Source of the DNA: Thermoplasmatota archaeon | GTDB taxonomy: Archaea > Thermoplasmatota > Penumbrarchaeia > Penumbrarchaeales > Penumbrarchaeaceae | DNA: 63,514 nucleotides | NCBI GenBank assembly: GCA_016928095.1 | Contig: JAFGLL010000043.1 | Span: 1 to 63,514, forward strand | Reading direction: 5' to 3' | Part shown: positions 28,697 to 38,448 of the stretch, one piece after another | How positions within the stretch are numbered: the stretch's first letter is position 1 | Layout: each line of letters begins with the position of its first letter | Notes under the pieces: model-generated | What the model saw: the letters and a program-made list of their open reading frames with translations, nothing else | Told to the model about the DNA's origin: nothing | Database searches by the model: none | Program-made: the position numbers and the translations under genes

Positions 28697-29479
28697 TCAG
28701 ATCCACGGATCGGATCCCTGGCTATAGAACTTTACTTCAGGATTACCTATTAGCCCCAGGAGGACGTTGGCCCATGCGAGCTTCTTCCACTTGAACTCGT
28801 TCTCCTCGGGGTCCAGGCTCTCCATTCTGAGGCCTCCGTCGCCTATCTTGGGTGCTACCTCGTTGAAGTTGAAACCCAGAAGGGTTATCGAGCGTGCCCC
28901 GAAATGCTGTGCAAGGAATGCCGCCCTGTCTCCGTCGGTGAACCCTCCATAGTTGACGAGGCCGCCCACATCGGCCGGATCGACCTGGGTCGTTCCGAGA
29001 ACGCTGCCAAAGAGCCTCGGTCCGACCTTTTTCAGGATCTTCATGTTATCGCCGTGAGCATGGACCAGCATGACGGACCCTCTTGAGAGGCATTGTATCT
29101 GGTCCTCCACACCTCCGTCAAGGTCCGTCACGATGATATGCGGGATCAGGGCCCTTCCCAGAAGGGTCGAGGTCGCGCCGTCCGCTGAGATCAGCATATC
29201 TTTACCGGTCGAAGAGCCTATCCATGTACCTCTCCCCCTCTTCTCCCCGATCAGGCGGTCCAATTCCATTTCCAGGTCGGGTCCGGCGCCAAGGACATAT
29301 GTGTCCCTTCCTTCCAGCATCCTTTCCAATTCCAGAACGATCTCGGTCTGTTGCTGTATCCTGCTGTTGGAGAGCAGTATATCGACGAGCATGTTGGAGG
29401 CCATGATATCGGCATCCCGGTCGAGACCGAGGTCACTTGCTATCTGATGATAATAGGGAAGCCAGTAGATAACCTCCAT
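28697..29479 (-). CDS. mptE: 6-hydroxymethyl-7,8-dihydropterin pyrophosphokinase (MptE/DUF115)
   Basis: W...Y..I...LG, VLGAGP, ADGA, VTDLDG, VHAHGDN, NYGGFTDGDRA. Confidence 0.9.
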   Translation of the reverse strand: MEVIYWLPYYHQIASDLGLDRDADIMASNMLVDILLSNSRIQQQTEIVLELERMLEGRDTYVLGAGPDLEMELDRLIGEKRGRGTWIGSSTGKDMLISADGATSTLLGRALIPHIIVTDLDGGVEDQIQCLSRGSVMLVHAHGDNMKILKKVGPRLFGSVLGTTQVDPADVGGLVNYGGFTDGDRAAFLAQHFGARSITLLGFNFNEVAPKIGDGGLRMESLDPEENEFKWKKLAWANVLLGLIGNPEVKFYSQGSDPWI

Positions 29480-29491
29480 GCGATCCCTCCG

Positions 29492-30577
29492 TTAACGGAG
29501 CCAGCTGTTCCTCCCCTTGCTGCCGGTCTTGGTCCGGTTGTAGGTGTATACTATCCCACCCACTATCAGAAGGAACACCCCTATGAACATGAAGATGAGG
29601 TTCTCGGTATAATCGAAGTTTCGGTCGAACCCGATGAAACCGATGAAATTGAACGCTGTACTGGCGATGAAATATATGGCGGCCAGAGACAGGAGCATCA
29701 CCCAGGTGGACCGGATGAACCTGTTGGTCCTGATATAAGTATCCAGAGAGCTTCCCATTGTATAGGACAAGGCCGCGAGAATGATCCAGATCCACACGGA
29801 ATCCAGGAACTCGAAGATGAACCTTATGACATCCTCTTCACGTCTGGCGTCAAGGAAGCTGATCACGAAGCCTGTCAGGACCAGTATCAATGTCAGGAAC
29901 ACTCCCGCAAAAAGCAGATACCTCCTGGTACGAAGGGCATCCCGCGTGTCATCGAACACCCTGGACACCTGCTCTTCGACGTTCAGGGCTTTCACCATGA
30001 GGAAGGTCGCCAGGGCGGTGATCATCAGGCCTATGGAGATCTCCCACCTTCCAAGTATCATGAGGACCCCCCACATGATGAACATTAGGGAAAGAGGGAC
30101 TATGATCTTCTTTCCGATCTTGGGGTTCTTGAAAGCGGACATGATTATGTAATACGTTGACTCAAGGTTCTGCTGCTGCTTCACCACGACACGGGCTATG
30201 TGCTCGATCTGCACCTTCTGGGAGATCAACGGTAGTATCACCTCGTCCTCTGCCCCGTCCGATACGAGCACGACCGTGTCAGGTGCGAACTGTTCGATGA
30301 CGGCATAGAACTGCCTGATCAGATTTGCGTCGGACTGGACCCCCACCATCTTATCACCGCAGATGGTGGCGATCTCGACTTCCCTTCCCATTTCCCTGTA
30401 TTTATTGAAAAGCTTGAGTCCCATGAGCATGACGTTCGCATCGGAATCTTCCGGGTCCTCGATGCCAAGGGCTATAACGGCCTTGAGATTGTGCTTTCTT
30501 CCGATGACTGGACTTGTGACCTTACCTTTCTCTCCAAGGTCATCGTCCCGGTCCACGCAGAGTATCAGTGTTTTCAT
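29492..30577 (-). CDS. DUF373-family membrane protein
   Basis: LILCVDRDDDLG.K, DPEDSDAN, VSDGAEDE, VVVKQ; multi-TM C-terminus. Confidence 0.9.
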   Translation of the reverse strand: MKTLILCVDRDDDLGEKGKVTSPVIGRKHNLKAVIALGIEDPEDSDANVMLMGLKLFNKYREMGREVEIATICGDKMVGVQSDANLIRQFYAVIEQFAPDTVVLVSDGAEDEVILPLISQKVQIEHIARVVVKQQQNLESTYYIIMSAFKNPKIGKKIIVPLSLMFIMWGVLMILGRWEISIGLMITALATFLMVKALNVEEQVSRVFDDTRDALRTRRYLLFAGVFLTLILVLTGFVISFLDARREEDVIRFIFEFLDSVWIWIILAALSYTMGSSLDTYIRTNRFIRSTWVMLLSLAAIYFIASTAFNFIGFIGFDRNFDYTENLIFMFIGVFLLIVGGIVYTYNRTKTGSKGRNSWLR

Positions 30578-30665
30578 ATACGGTCGGACAATATCAAAAA
30601 GCATATATAATCATATTCGACACAATATCATTTTCCGCTGGTATTTTCTTCTATTAAAGCCGTAA

Positions 30666-30679
30666 AGGATGTACATCCT
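30666..30679. promoter_or_regulatory. 14-bp perfect palindrome AGGATGTACATCCT between divergent promoters
   Basis: Perfect inverted repeat lying between two TATA-like boxes. Confidence 0.3.
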
Positions 30680-30749
30680 CTTCAGTTCCGCGATCGGGGA
30701 TGCCCTTGGGATGTCCCGAGGGTTTGCTTTTTATATCCTTATGGAATGA

Positions 30750-31067
30750 ATGACCATGACCACGAGGAGCATCACCATATACAGGGTATACCAACTATCT
30801 TCCCACAGGACCCTTGGTTTCTACACTGGTGATGAGGAGGCGGTGATGACCTTCTGCAATCTCAAGTTCGATGTCTCCCAGGATGATATTGCACTGGAGA
30901 GGGTCCCTGTTAGACAGGTGACAAGAACGGAGGTTATGTGCTTTGGCGAGGTCCTATCCCAGCTCCGCGAGCACAAACAAAGGATCATGGAACTCGAGGC
31001 ACAGGCGGATGAAGTGGGGATGAGGGACGATGTCGTCAAATTGCTGGAAGAGTCCTGCATAGTGTAG
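30750..31067 (+). CDS. Hypothetical protein with C-terminal coiled coil
   Basis: Fills an intergenic gap; TATA-like TTTTTATAT just upstream. Confidence 0.65.
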   Translation: MTMTTRSITIYRVYQLSSHRTLGFYTGDEEAVMTFCNLKFDVSQDDIALERVPVRQVTRTEVMCFGEVLSQLREHKQRIMELEAQADEVGMRDDVVKLLEESCIV

Positions 31068-31129
31068 TACCATTTCACAGCTATAGACCGATCCAGGTCA
31101 TCCATTGTTCGAATGTGGTGGAGGTGATA

Positions 31130-31702
31130 TCAACCCCTTGAAAGATATTCCACCAATCCTCTAATGGCCTTGATCCTGTGGCTCATGGCGTTCTTCTCCT
31201 CCACCGACATCTCCGCGAATGTCATTGATCTTCCTTCGGGGATGAAGATCGGATCGTAACCGAACCCCTGTTTGCCTCTTTCCTCGTATGATATCATCCC
31301 CCTGCACTCCCCCCTGAAAAGGCTTACCCCTTTCCCCGGGAGATAGAGACCCATCACGGTCCGGAATGCGGCCCCTCTGTCGTTTCTATCCCCCATCAGG
31401 TCCAGTATGCCCCTGTTGCCGATCGTCCTGTGGACATACGATGAATAGACACCCGGGAATCCCCCGAGGGCATCGATGAACAGACCCGAATCATCCTTCA
31501 CGAAGGGTTCATTGATATCCCCCTCTTTATTGATGATATCCATCCCCTTCAGTATGACCTCTTCGAGATGGTCTGCTTGTGTCTCGATGAAGTTTCGCTT
31601 CAACAGCTTCACCTCCATACCGAGAGGTTGCAACCATCTGTCGATCTCCTTGAACTTGCCCATGTTCCCCGTGAGCAGATAGATCGTCCTGATATCTTTC
31701 AT
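31130..31702 (-). CDS. rdgB: RdgB/HAM1 non-canonical purine NTP pyrophosphatase
   Basis: TGNMGK, DDSGLFIDALGGFPGVYS, GFGYDPIF, KNAMSHR; TAATG overlap with kae1-bud32. Confidence 0.95.
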   Translation of the reverse strand: MKDIRTIYLLTGNMGKFKEIDRWLQPLGMEVKLLKRNFIETQADHLEEVILKGMDIINKEGDINEPFVKDDSGLFIDALGGFPGVYSSYVHRTIGNRGILDLMGDRNDRGAAFRTVMGLYLPGKGVSLFRGECRGMISYEERGKQGFGYDPIFIPEGRSMTFAEMSVEEKNAMSHRIKAIRGLVEYLSRG

Positions 31703-33423
31703 TATATCCACCTCTCGCTCATGTACCTTCCTCTCTTGGTGATCTCCATAAGCTTCCCTCGTATCATTTCAGCATCCGGATTCTCATGGTAGTATCCGCT
31801 CCAAAGCTCATCCTCCATTCCATGGAGCCCCTCATGGGTGGAAGAGAACACCTCGAAGAAGAGCCTTAGATCGACCCCCTTCTTTTCGATCTCGGCCGAT
31901 ATCTCCGACAGGGAGCAGTCGATCAGTCCCAGCTTTGGGTTCTCACCGCCTTCCAGAAGAATGAAGTTCGAGGTCGTCAGGTCTCCGTGCACGATGTTGT
32001 TCCGATGGAGCATCCCGATCATCGAACCGATCTCCCTGAGAGACCCTCTCTGGTCTTCCTCCTTCATGATGTTGAGAAGGTGGGCCAATCTAGGACCCTT
32101 GAGCATTTCCATGACGAGAGATCCCTGATGCATGTCCACATCGATGACGTACGGGGTCCTGATCCCGATGGAACGTATCGCGGCCAGCATCCTGGCCTCG
32201 TTCCTGATCCGGGTGGACACTATCCTCTCCTCTATCTCCGTTAGCCTGTAACCTTTGGGTAGCCTGATCTTACGAACAACATCCATACCGCCGAGATCCT
32301 CGGCCGTTATCAATGCCTCCGCCCCTCTTCCCAGTACCGTTCCGGGAGAAGCTGCCTGGCCCGTTTCCAGGGAGGCTGTTCCGGGGGTCTCTATCATCCC
32401 CATCTCCCTGCTGGCCCTCCAGGTCACATCGACCATATCGGTCCTGAACCTCTGATCGATCACCGTTTCTTCCATGGTGTGGGAGATGCCCGCTTCGAAC
32501 ATGCGCTGTCCTAGAAATGCTATCATGGCCCCATTGTCGACGGCAAGGGGGGGGGGAGGGGCGTAGCTTCTCCCGCCTCTCTCCCGGGCCATTATATCCA
32601 CCATGGTCCTCAACCTTGAATTGCAGGCAACTCCGCCTCCCAGCAGGACCTCGTCACATCCGATGTGGGCCATAGCCCTCTCCGTAACCTCGCAGAGCAT
32701 GGAGAAGCAGGTCTCCTGGACCGAATGGCAGATGGAATGGACAGATACTCCCTTTTTTCTGAGAGCAAGGGCGGCTGTCATGATACCGGAAAATGATATA
32801 TCCATTCCCTTTACCGAGTATGGAAGGTCCAGAAGCTCTATCCCCCCTCCTTCCTCTCCTTTTGTGGCTGGATCACTATCTCCTTTCGCCAGCCTCTCTA
32901 TCCTGGGTCCTGCCGGAAAGGGTATGCCCATCTCCCTGCCAAGTTTGTCCAGCATGTTGCCGATACCAATGTCGAGCGTCTCCCCGAGGACCCGGTATCT
33001 GCCTTTGACGAAAGCTATGATCTGTGTATTACCACCGGAGGCGTATAGTAGCACGGGTTCTTCAGCACCTAGAAGGGAGCCTATCTCCAGATGGGCAACG
33101 CAGTGATTGGCCCCCACGATCGGAATGGAATTCTTGAGCGACAGGACCCTGGCAATGGTCGCCCCGACCCTCAGACATGGGCCCAGGCCCGGCCCTCTCG
33201 AGAATGCAACCAGATCAAGGTCCCGATCATCGACAGCGGCTTCCTCAAGGGCTTTATGGACGATATCGCTGCCGACCCGAACATGGTGGTCGGCCGCTTC
33301 TCTGGGGTGTATCCCTCCTTCCTCCGGGAGATACATGTCCCTGACATTGGAAATAATGGAGCCGTCCCTGACGACACCGGCCCCGAAAGTGTGTGCAGTG
33401 GATTCTATGCCCAGAACGAGCAT
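31702..33423 (-). CDS. kae1: Bifunctional Kae1/Bud32 (KEOPS) t6A synthase-kinase fusion
   Basis: LGIESTAH, GIHPRE, HCVAHLE, GGVACN, DNGAMIA; kinase GAEA, HGDLTTSN. Confidence 0.96.
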   Translation of the reverse strand: MLVLGIESTAHTFGAGVVRDGSIISNVRDMYLPEEGGIHPREAADHHVRVGSDIVHKALEEAAVDDRDLDLVAFSRGPGLGPCLRVGATIARVLSLKNSIPIVGANHCVAHLEIGSLLGAEEPVLLYASGGNTQIIAFVKGRYRVLGETLDIGIGNMLDKLGREMGIPFPAGPRIERLAKGDSDPATKGEEGGGIELLDLPYSVKGMDISFSGIMTAALALRKKGVSVHSICHSVQETCFSMLCEVTERAMAHIGCDEVLLGGGVACNSRLRTMVDIMARERGGRSYAPPPPLAVDNGAMIAFLGQRMFEAGISHTMEETVIDQRFRTDMVDVTWRASREMGMIETPGTASLETGQAASPGTVLGRGAEALITAEDLGGMDVVRKIRLPKGYRLTEIEERIVSTRIRNEARMLAAIRSIGIRTPYVIDVDMHQGSLVMEMLKGPRLAHLLNIMKEEDQRGSLREIGSMIGMLHRNNIVHGDLTTSNFILLEGGENPKLGLIDCSLSEISAEIEKKGVDLRLFFEVFSSTHEGLHGMEDELWSGYYHENPDAEMIRGKLMEITKRGRYMSERWI

Positions 33424-33522
33424 GTTGGTCGGCATGATGGTGTGATTATTTAACCTGTGCCCCGGTGAAGTATCCATACCCGCAATGGCTGCGTCCCCGC
33501 TATCCTATCTGGTCACCTTCCA

Positions 33523-36282
33523 TCAACATTCTTCCACCAGGCAACCTCTCTTAACCAGTAACTTCCCCCATACCGCCAGCATGCTTGGGAGTATCATCAC
33601 CGCGGAGAACAAGCTGTAGAAAATGGTGAGCGACACCAGTAGACCAAAGTTCTTGAGGGGGGGCAGAAGCGAGAAATATAGCATGCCGAAGGCTGCGATC
33701 GTCGTTGCAGCGGCGCCGAGAAGGGCCAATCCGCTGTGCTCCGATGTCTCCCGGAGAGCCTTGTGAACATCCTTGTGCTTCTGGAGGTCCTCAAGGAACC
33801 GGTGGGTGTAATGGATTCCGTAGGTGATGCCCAGTCCGATGGTGAGGGCAGTGATGGATATCGACATTACGTCAAGGTTTATATCCATCAGGTACATCGA
33901 ACCCATGATCCATACCATGCAGAGCATTACCGGAACCATGGTTAAAAAGCCGAGGACACCGCCAAAGGCAATCCATCTAACTGGATCCAGTTTGAGGTTC
34001 CTGGTCTCGAATATGAACACCAGGATCATGACGGCTGCGGAAGCGACGATGGTTATTACGATGGACCTCATCTGAGTGTCATTGATCGCCTGCAGTATCT
34101 CGTTGGTCACCACAGGGCCCCCTGTCACTATGGAGTATGTGATGAAAGGGGAGTCCTCAAGAGGTCCCATGTCCTCCGTCATGTCCGCGAGGAGTCGGTC
34201 CAACCCTGCCTCGTCGAACATGTCTATGGATACGTCCACCCTGATCAAGGACGCAGCGTACTTGCCGGTCTCGGGGTCCTTCCAGAGGAAGGACGAACCC
34301 AGGGAGGGGCTGTTCTCCATGATATGGTCCATCATCCCTTCGATATCGGCGGCCGTGGTCCCGGGAAGAGGCAACTTCGTCGTGCCATTGAAATACTGGT
34401 CGTATAGTACCATGAAGGCCGGGTCGAAGGTGTAGTCCGATACTCCCTCTGCCCCGGTGTAGTGTGCCAGGTCGTGGAACATTGTAAGAACGCTCTCGGA
34501 CTTGGGGTGGGAACCCTCCATGGCAACATGCGGTGTGTCAGCGAGATGCAAATTCACTTCCTCTATGGCGTAGAATACATCGGGCTGGGTTATGTCTCCC
34601 TTGAAATATATCGCGGCACTGCTCTCTGTGAGTTCGAATTCGGAGAGCATGAAATTGACGTCCTTGCTGATCTGTAGGTCCTCGGGGAGGAAATCCCGGA
34701 AGTCGAACTGCGTTCCAACCTGTGTCCATCCGTAAGCTCCGCCGAGAGTGATGATAAGGGCTGCAATGATGATGATAGCAGGTGCCTTCTTTGCTGCAAT
34801 GGCACCGGATGCCCCTACCAGGGTGATACCCCTCTCCACACCCAGGACCACTCTCTTCAAGGGTGACAGATCCCCGCTTCCGTCCTCTCTCTTCTGCCCC
34901 ATCCACAGTTTCCATCCCTTCTTCTGGAACCATATGTCCTTGAGCTGCTTGGCCCCTGGGACGAAAACGGTCATGGTGATGAACGAGGATATGATCCCGG
35001 CCACTGCCATGAGACCGAAGGTCCTGAAGACCTCCATGGGAGAGAAGAGATTGGACAGAAAGGATATGGCGGTAGTGATAGTGGCAAGACCCAATGCAGC
35101 CCCCACGGAGATTATGGTGGAGCTGAGAGCTCCGTCTATCTTCCTGCCGTTACCCACCTCCTCTCGGTACCTCATGGTCACATGGATGCCGTAATCGATG
35201 CCAAGGCCGACGAGCAGTACAGGTACCGCCGTTGTCATAGCATTGAAGTTCATACCCATCACGGACCCGAACCCGTACATCCAGATGATGGCCATCGCCA
35301 GAGCGGTCAGGCTTATGATGATATCAAAGAGGTCCCGGTAGGTCATTGCAAGGATAATGGCCACTAGAAGGAATGCGATGGGAAGGATGATAGCCATGGA
35401 ATCCAGGGACGCATCCATTATCTCCTGAGAGATGACCTTCATGGCGAACGGGCCTGGGCGCATGAACAGATAACCATTCCCCCCGGGGCCGTCCACTATG
35501 ACGTCAGATATGTGCTGTTCCAGGGTGGAATTCTCAAGGTCCGCCATCTCGGGTTTGAAATTGATAATGACCATGCAGCCCAGGGAATCGAACATACCGT
35601 TAGCCGGGTCGAAACCCTTCGTGAACATGAACCTGAGGCCGGATGTGAAATAATCCGGGACAGAGCCATGGTTCAGGGCAGGGTCGTACATGAACGTGAG
35701 GTGGCCTTGGAACTCCTCTACGGTCATGTTCGAGAAAAGGGCTATCTGCTCCAGGATCGTGGAGGATGTGTCGTTCAGCCCCATCTGCATCTTGATGGAC
35801 GTCATCAGGAAGGTGCCGACCATGCTTGCGGGTGAAAAAACATTGGCCGCAGGTTCCTCCTGATCGTAGAGCCATTCCCGGACCTGCGGGTCAGCCAGAA
35901 CGAAATTTTCCATCCGCAGCATGTCGGCGAAAGCCCCGGGCGTGACCGCAGTTGCCTCATCCGTCGGTCCCCGAATAAGGGTCATGAAGGAGTAGGAGTC
36001 CACGAACCTGTCGCTCATCTCGTAGTTCATCTTGGATATCTCGAGATCGGGGCTGAAAGTATCCTCGTCCGTAGTGTTATCCACTCCAAAGATGGTCATT
36101 AACCCTATGGAAGCGACCGTGATAAGCAGTATCAGGATCACCGATAATAAAGGGTGACCGGTCACCAATCTGGAGTGCAACCTCATTATTCCGTTGCCCT
36201 TACCGCTATTCATTGTGGAGTCGATCCCTGGTACCATGACGGACCTCGGATCCATTTTACTGTTCACGGACCTGTCTTTCAT
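33523..36282 (-). CDS. RND-superfamily (MMPL/HAE3-like) transporter
   Basis: Two TM repeats with GLGIDYGIH and GLGITYGIH and large extracytoplasmic loops; start set at ATG 36282 (GGAG SD). Confidence 0.9.
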   Translation of the reverse strand: MKDRSVNSKMDPRSVMVPGIDSTMNSGKGNGIMRLHSRLVTGHPLLSVILILLITVASIGLMTIFGVDNTTDEDTFSPDLEISKMNYEMSDRFVDSYSFMTLIRGPTDEATAVTPGAFADMLRMENFVLADPQVREWLYDQEEPAANVFSPASMVGTFLMTSIKMQMGLNDTSSTILEQIALFSNMTVEEFQGHLTFMYDPALNHGSVPDYFTSGLRFMFTKGFDPANGMFDSLGCMVIINFKPEMADLENSTLEQHISDVIVDGPGGNGYLFMRPGPFAMKVISQEIMDASLDSMAIILPIAFLLVAIILAMTYRDLFDIIISLTALAMAIIWMYGFGSVMGMNFNAMTTAVPVLLVGLGIDYGIHVTMRYREEVGNGRKIDGALSSTIISVGAALGLATITTAISFLSNLFSPMEVFRTFGLMAVAGIISSFITMTVFVPGAKQLKDIWFQKKGWKLWMGQKREDGSGDLSPLKRVVLGVERGITLVGASGAIAAKKAPAIIIIAALIITLGGAYGWTQVGTQFDFRDFLPEDLQISKDVNFMLSEFELTESSAAIYFKGDITQPDVFYAIEEVNLHLADTPHVAMEGSHPKSESVLTMFHDLAHYTGAEGVSDYTFDPAFMVLYDQYFNGTTKLPLPGTTAADIEGMMDHIMENSPSLGSSFLWKDPETGKYAASLIRVDVSIDMFDEAGLDRLLADMTEDMGPLEDSPFITYSIVTGGPVVTNEILQAINDTQMRSIVITIVASAAVMILVFIFETRNLKLDPVRWIAFGGVLGFLTMVPVMLCMVWIMGSMYLMDINLDVMSISITALTIGLGITYGIHYTHRFLEDLQKHKDVHKALRETSEHSGLALLGAAATTIAAFGMLYFSLLPPLKNFGLLVSLTIFYSLFSAVMILPSMLAVWGKLLVKRGCLVEEC

Positions 36283-36477
36283 GACTCCACCTTCATTGAT
36301 CGCATTTCTTGCCGGGATGAATAGCTGCATCAGGACAATAACGACATCAACGGATCGTTCCCATGATCGGATCGACGGGAGATGTCTGCTCTCCGGGCAA
36401 AGGCGGGTCCCTGCTGTCATCATCTGGCCCTGTTGGCACCTGGACACCGCGGCCATATTTATCCTTTATGGTGATAT

Positions 36478-36518
36478 TTTCAATGTTTTTTACAAAAATA
36501 TAAAAATTTTTATTGAAA
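36478..36518. promoter_or_regulatory. AT-rich nested inverted repeats between the RND gene and its divergent regulator
   Basis: TTTCAAT...ATTGAAA arms and an overlapping palindrome ATAAAAATTTTTAT (36500-36513). Confidence 0.35.
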
Positions 36519-36599
36519 CTAGGGCAATAATGGAAAATAGTGGCACGAAAAAATCCAATAGCGATAGGTATATATCTACAATGGATCCATTAATGCCTG

Positions 36600-37760
36600 T
36601 TGACCCGTTCACAGCTGAACAGGAACGAGGAAGCCGTGCTACTCTCGATCATGAAGAACCCCGAGCACGGGGATAGGGAGCGAGCCACTTCCATCGATAT
36701 GAACCTTTATACCTTCAACAAGATAAAGAACAAGCTCATCAGGGACCGGGTGTTCAAGAAGGAATTGATCCCGAATTTCGGTCTTCTCGGTTTCGAGATA
36801 CTTGTCACAAGCTTCGGGTCCGGAATGGAGCCTTACCTTCCCGAGGATATCCAGAACAGGCTCGGGTGCAATGTTATGGAGAAGGCACCCACACATCTCG
36901 TTTTCTTCATCTCGGAACCCGGTATGGGGCTCGGGTTCCACGCGGTCGAGGATTTCACCTCCATGAAGAACGGACTGGTCTGGGCCGGAAAGAGGGTCTT
37001 CAACACCCTCAAGATGGAGAGGAGCGAAATGGAAATGGTCCCTTTCTCCTTCAGGGACCTCAAGGTCGAGAGGATGTTCGATCTGTCCGATATCATGATA
37101 AGCAGCTCTGCACTTGACCGCAAGATACCGATCATTGAGGCTCAAACGGCTCCGCAGCGGGCAGCAGCCATGTCATGGGGACAGTATTTCGAACTCGGAA
37201 ATGGCGGTAACGCGGTCGAACTGGATGAGACCGAATGGTCTGTCCTTGTTCAGCTGGTCACAAATCCGGATGGTTCCGACCAGTTCCATGTAAATGAGAG
37301 CGGATTGAGCCGCTACCGGTTCCAGAGGATAAGGGATTCGCTCTTCGGATCTGGTGTGATCAAGCCTTTGGTCATCCTTAACCCCCTATCGATAGGTCTG
37401 GATGTCCTGACATTCTTCCACCTCAGGTTCAAACCATCGGTCGACCCGCTTGATCTCTGGGGTTCAAAGGAATGGGAGATCCCTCCGAACCTGATCCTGA
37501 CCATTATGGACAGACAGGATGCGGTCGGGATAGGGCTGTATCCGAACCTTGCAGAAGGTTCCAAGGCCAATCATGGTCTACTCAGCAACATGGGGCGCCT
37601 GAACATCCTGGACGGAAGCCCCCACATACAGGTCTTCTCGTTACGGGATATCATATCACGGTCCGGCTGGCAGCTGACCTTTGCGAGACCGCTGCTACAG
37701 AAAGGGGATTGGAATATACCCCCCAAGCTTCTGGACTGGCTTGGAACGATCAGTTATTAG
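36600..37760 (+). CDS. Tandem (double) Lrp/AsnC-like transcriptional regulator
   Basis: Two repeats of L...E..VL..L..NP...D.........L....V.K....P....LG, each followed by a RAM-like region. Confidence 0.7.
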   Translation: MTRSQLNRNEEAVLLSIMKNPEHGDRERATSIDMNLYTFNKIKNKLIRDRVFKKELIPNFGLLGFEILVTSFGSGMEPYLPEDIQNRLGCNVMEKAPTHLVFFISEPGMGLGFHAVEDFTSMKNGLVWAGKRVFNTLKMERSEMEMVPFSFRDLKVERMFDLSDIMISSSALDRKIPIIEAQTAPQRAAAMSWGQYFELGNGGNAVELDETEWSVLVQLVTNPDGSDQFHVNESGLSRYRFQRIRDSLFGSGVIKPLVILNPLSIGLDVLTFFHLRFKPSVDPLDLWGSKEWEIPPNLILTIMDRQDAVGIGLYPNLAEGSKANHGLLSNMGRLNILDGSPHIQVFSLRDIISRSGWQLTFARPLLQKGDWNIPPKLLDWLGTISY

Positions 37761-38364
37761 GTTCAAGTATCTGGACATCACAGCTTGCGATCTTTTTGAA
37801 CAACTCAGCGTCCGACCGCCCTCCGATTATATCGCCCCAGTGCATCGGTATAGCCTTCTTTGGGTGGATGATCTTCACGGCCTTGGCTGCTTCCTCCGGG
37901 GTCATCGTGTAGGTGCCGCCCACGGGGAGAAGGGCCACATCGATGTTCTTTATACGTTCCATTTCAGGTATGATATCCGTATCCCCGGAATGGTATATCC
38001 TGTGACCGTCCGTTTCCACAACGAATCCGACCCATTTGTTCCTCGCCGGATGGAACTCTTTTTTGGGATTGTATGCGGGATATGCTTCCACCTTCACCCC
38101 ACCAACCTCCTTGATGTCCCCCGGTGCGATCACTATAGTGCCAGGAACCTTCTCGGCCACATCCGGAGGTCCTATCAATACTGTCCCCTTCTTTCTGATG
38201 GACCCGATATCGGTCTCGCTCAGATGGTCCATGTGAGAGTGCGTGATCAGTATGATATCCGCTTTTGGACCGCCTTTCAATTTCCATGGGTCTATGTATA
38301 TGATCTTGGAGTCTGTCTCAATCCTAAAAGAAGCATGTCCCAACCATATGACCTTCGGTACCAT
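37750..38364 (-). CDS. MBL-fold metallo-hydrolase
   Basis: WLGHASF, THSHMDH, YHSGDT, LPVGG.YTM, IPMHW. Confidence 0.93.
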   Translation of the reverse strand: MVPKVIWLGHASFRIETDSKIIYIDPWKLKGGPKADIILITHSHMDHLSETDIGSIRKKGTVLIGPPDVAEKVPGTIVIAPGDIKEVGGVKVEAYPAYNPKKEFHPARNKWVGFVVETDGHRIYHSGDTDIIPEMERIKNIDVALLPVGGTYTMTPEEAAKAVKIIHPKKAIPMHWGDIIGGRSDAELFKKIASCDVQILEPNN

Positions 38365-38448
38365 TCACAAACCTCCACAGGAACGAATTCCAGCAGAGGT
38401 ATTGGTTTGCAGGATTAATTTATTTGCTGTCGTGGGGAGATGGGCGTT

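Noticed and set aside
31702-33423. Kae1-Bud32 fusion as a novelty
   Set aside because: Well known in Thermoplasmata, methanogens and haloarchaea.
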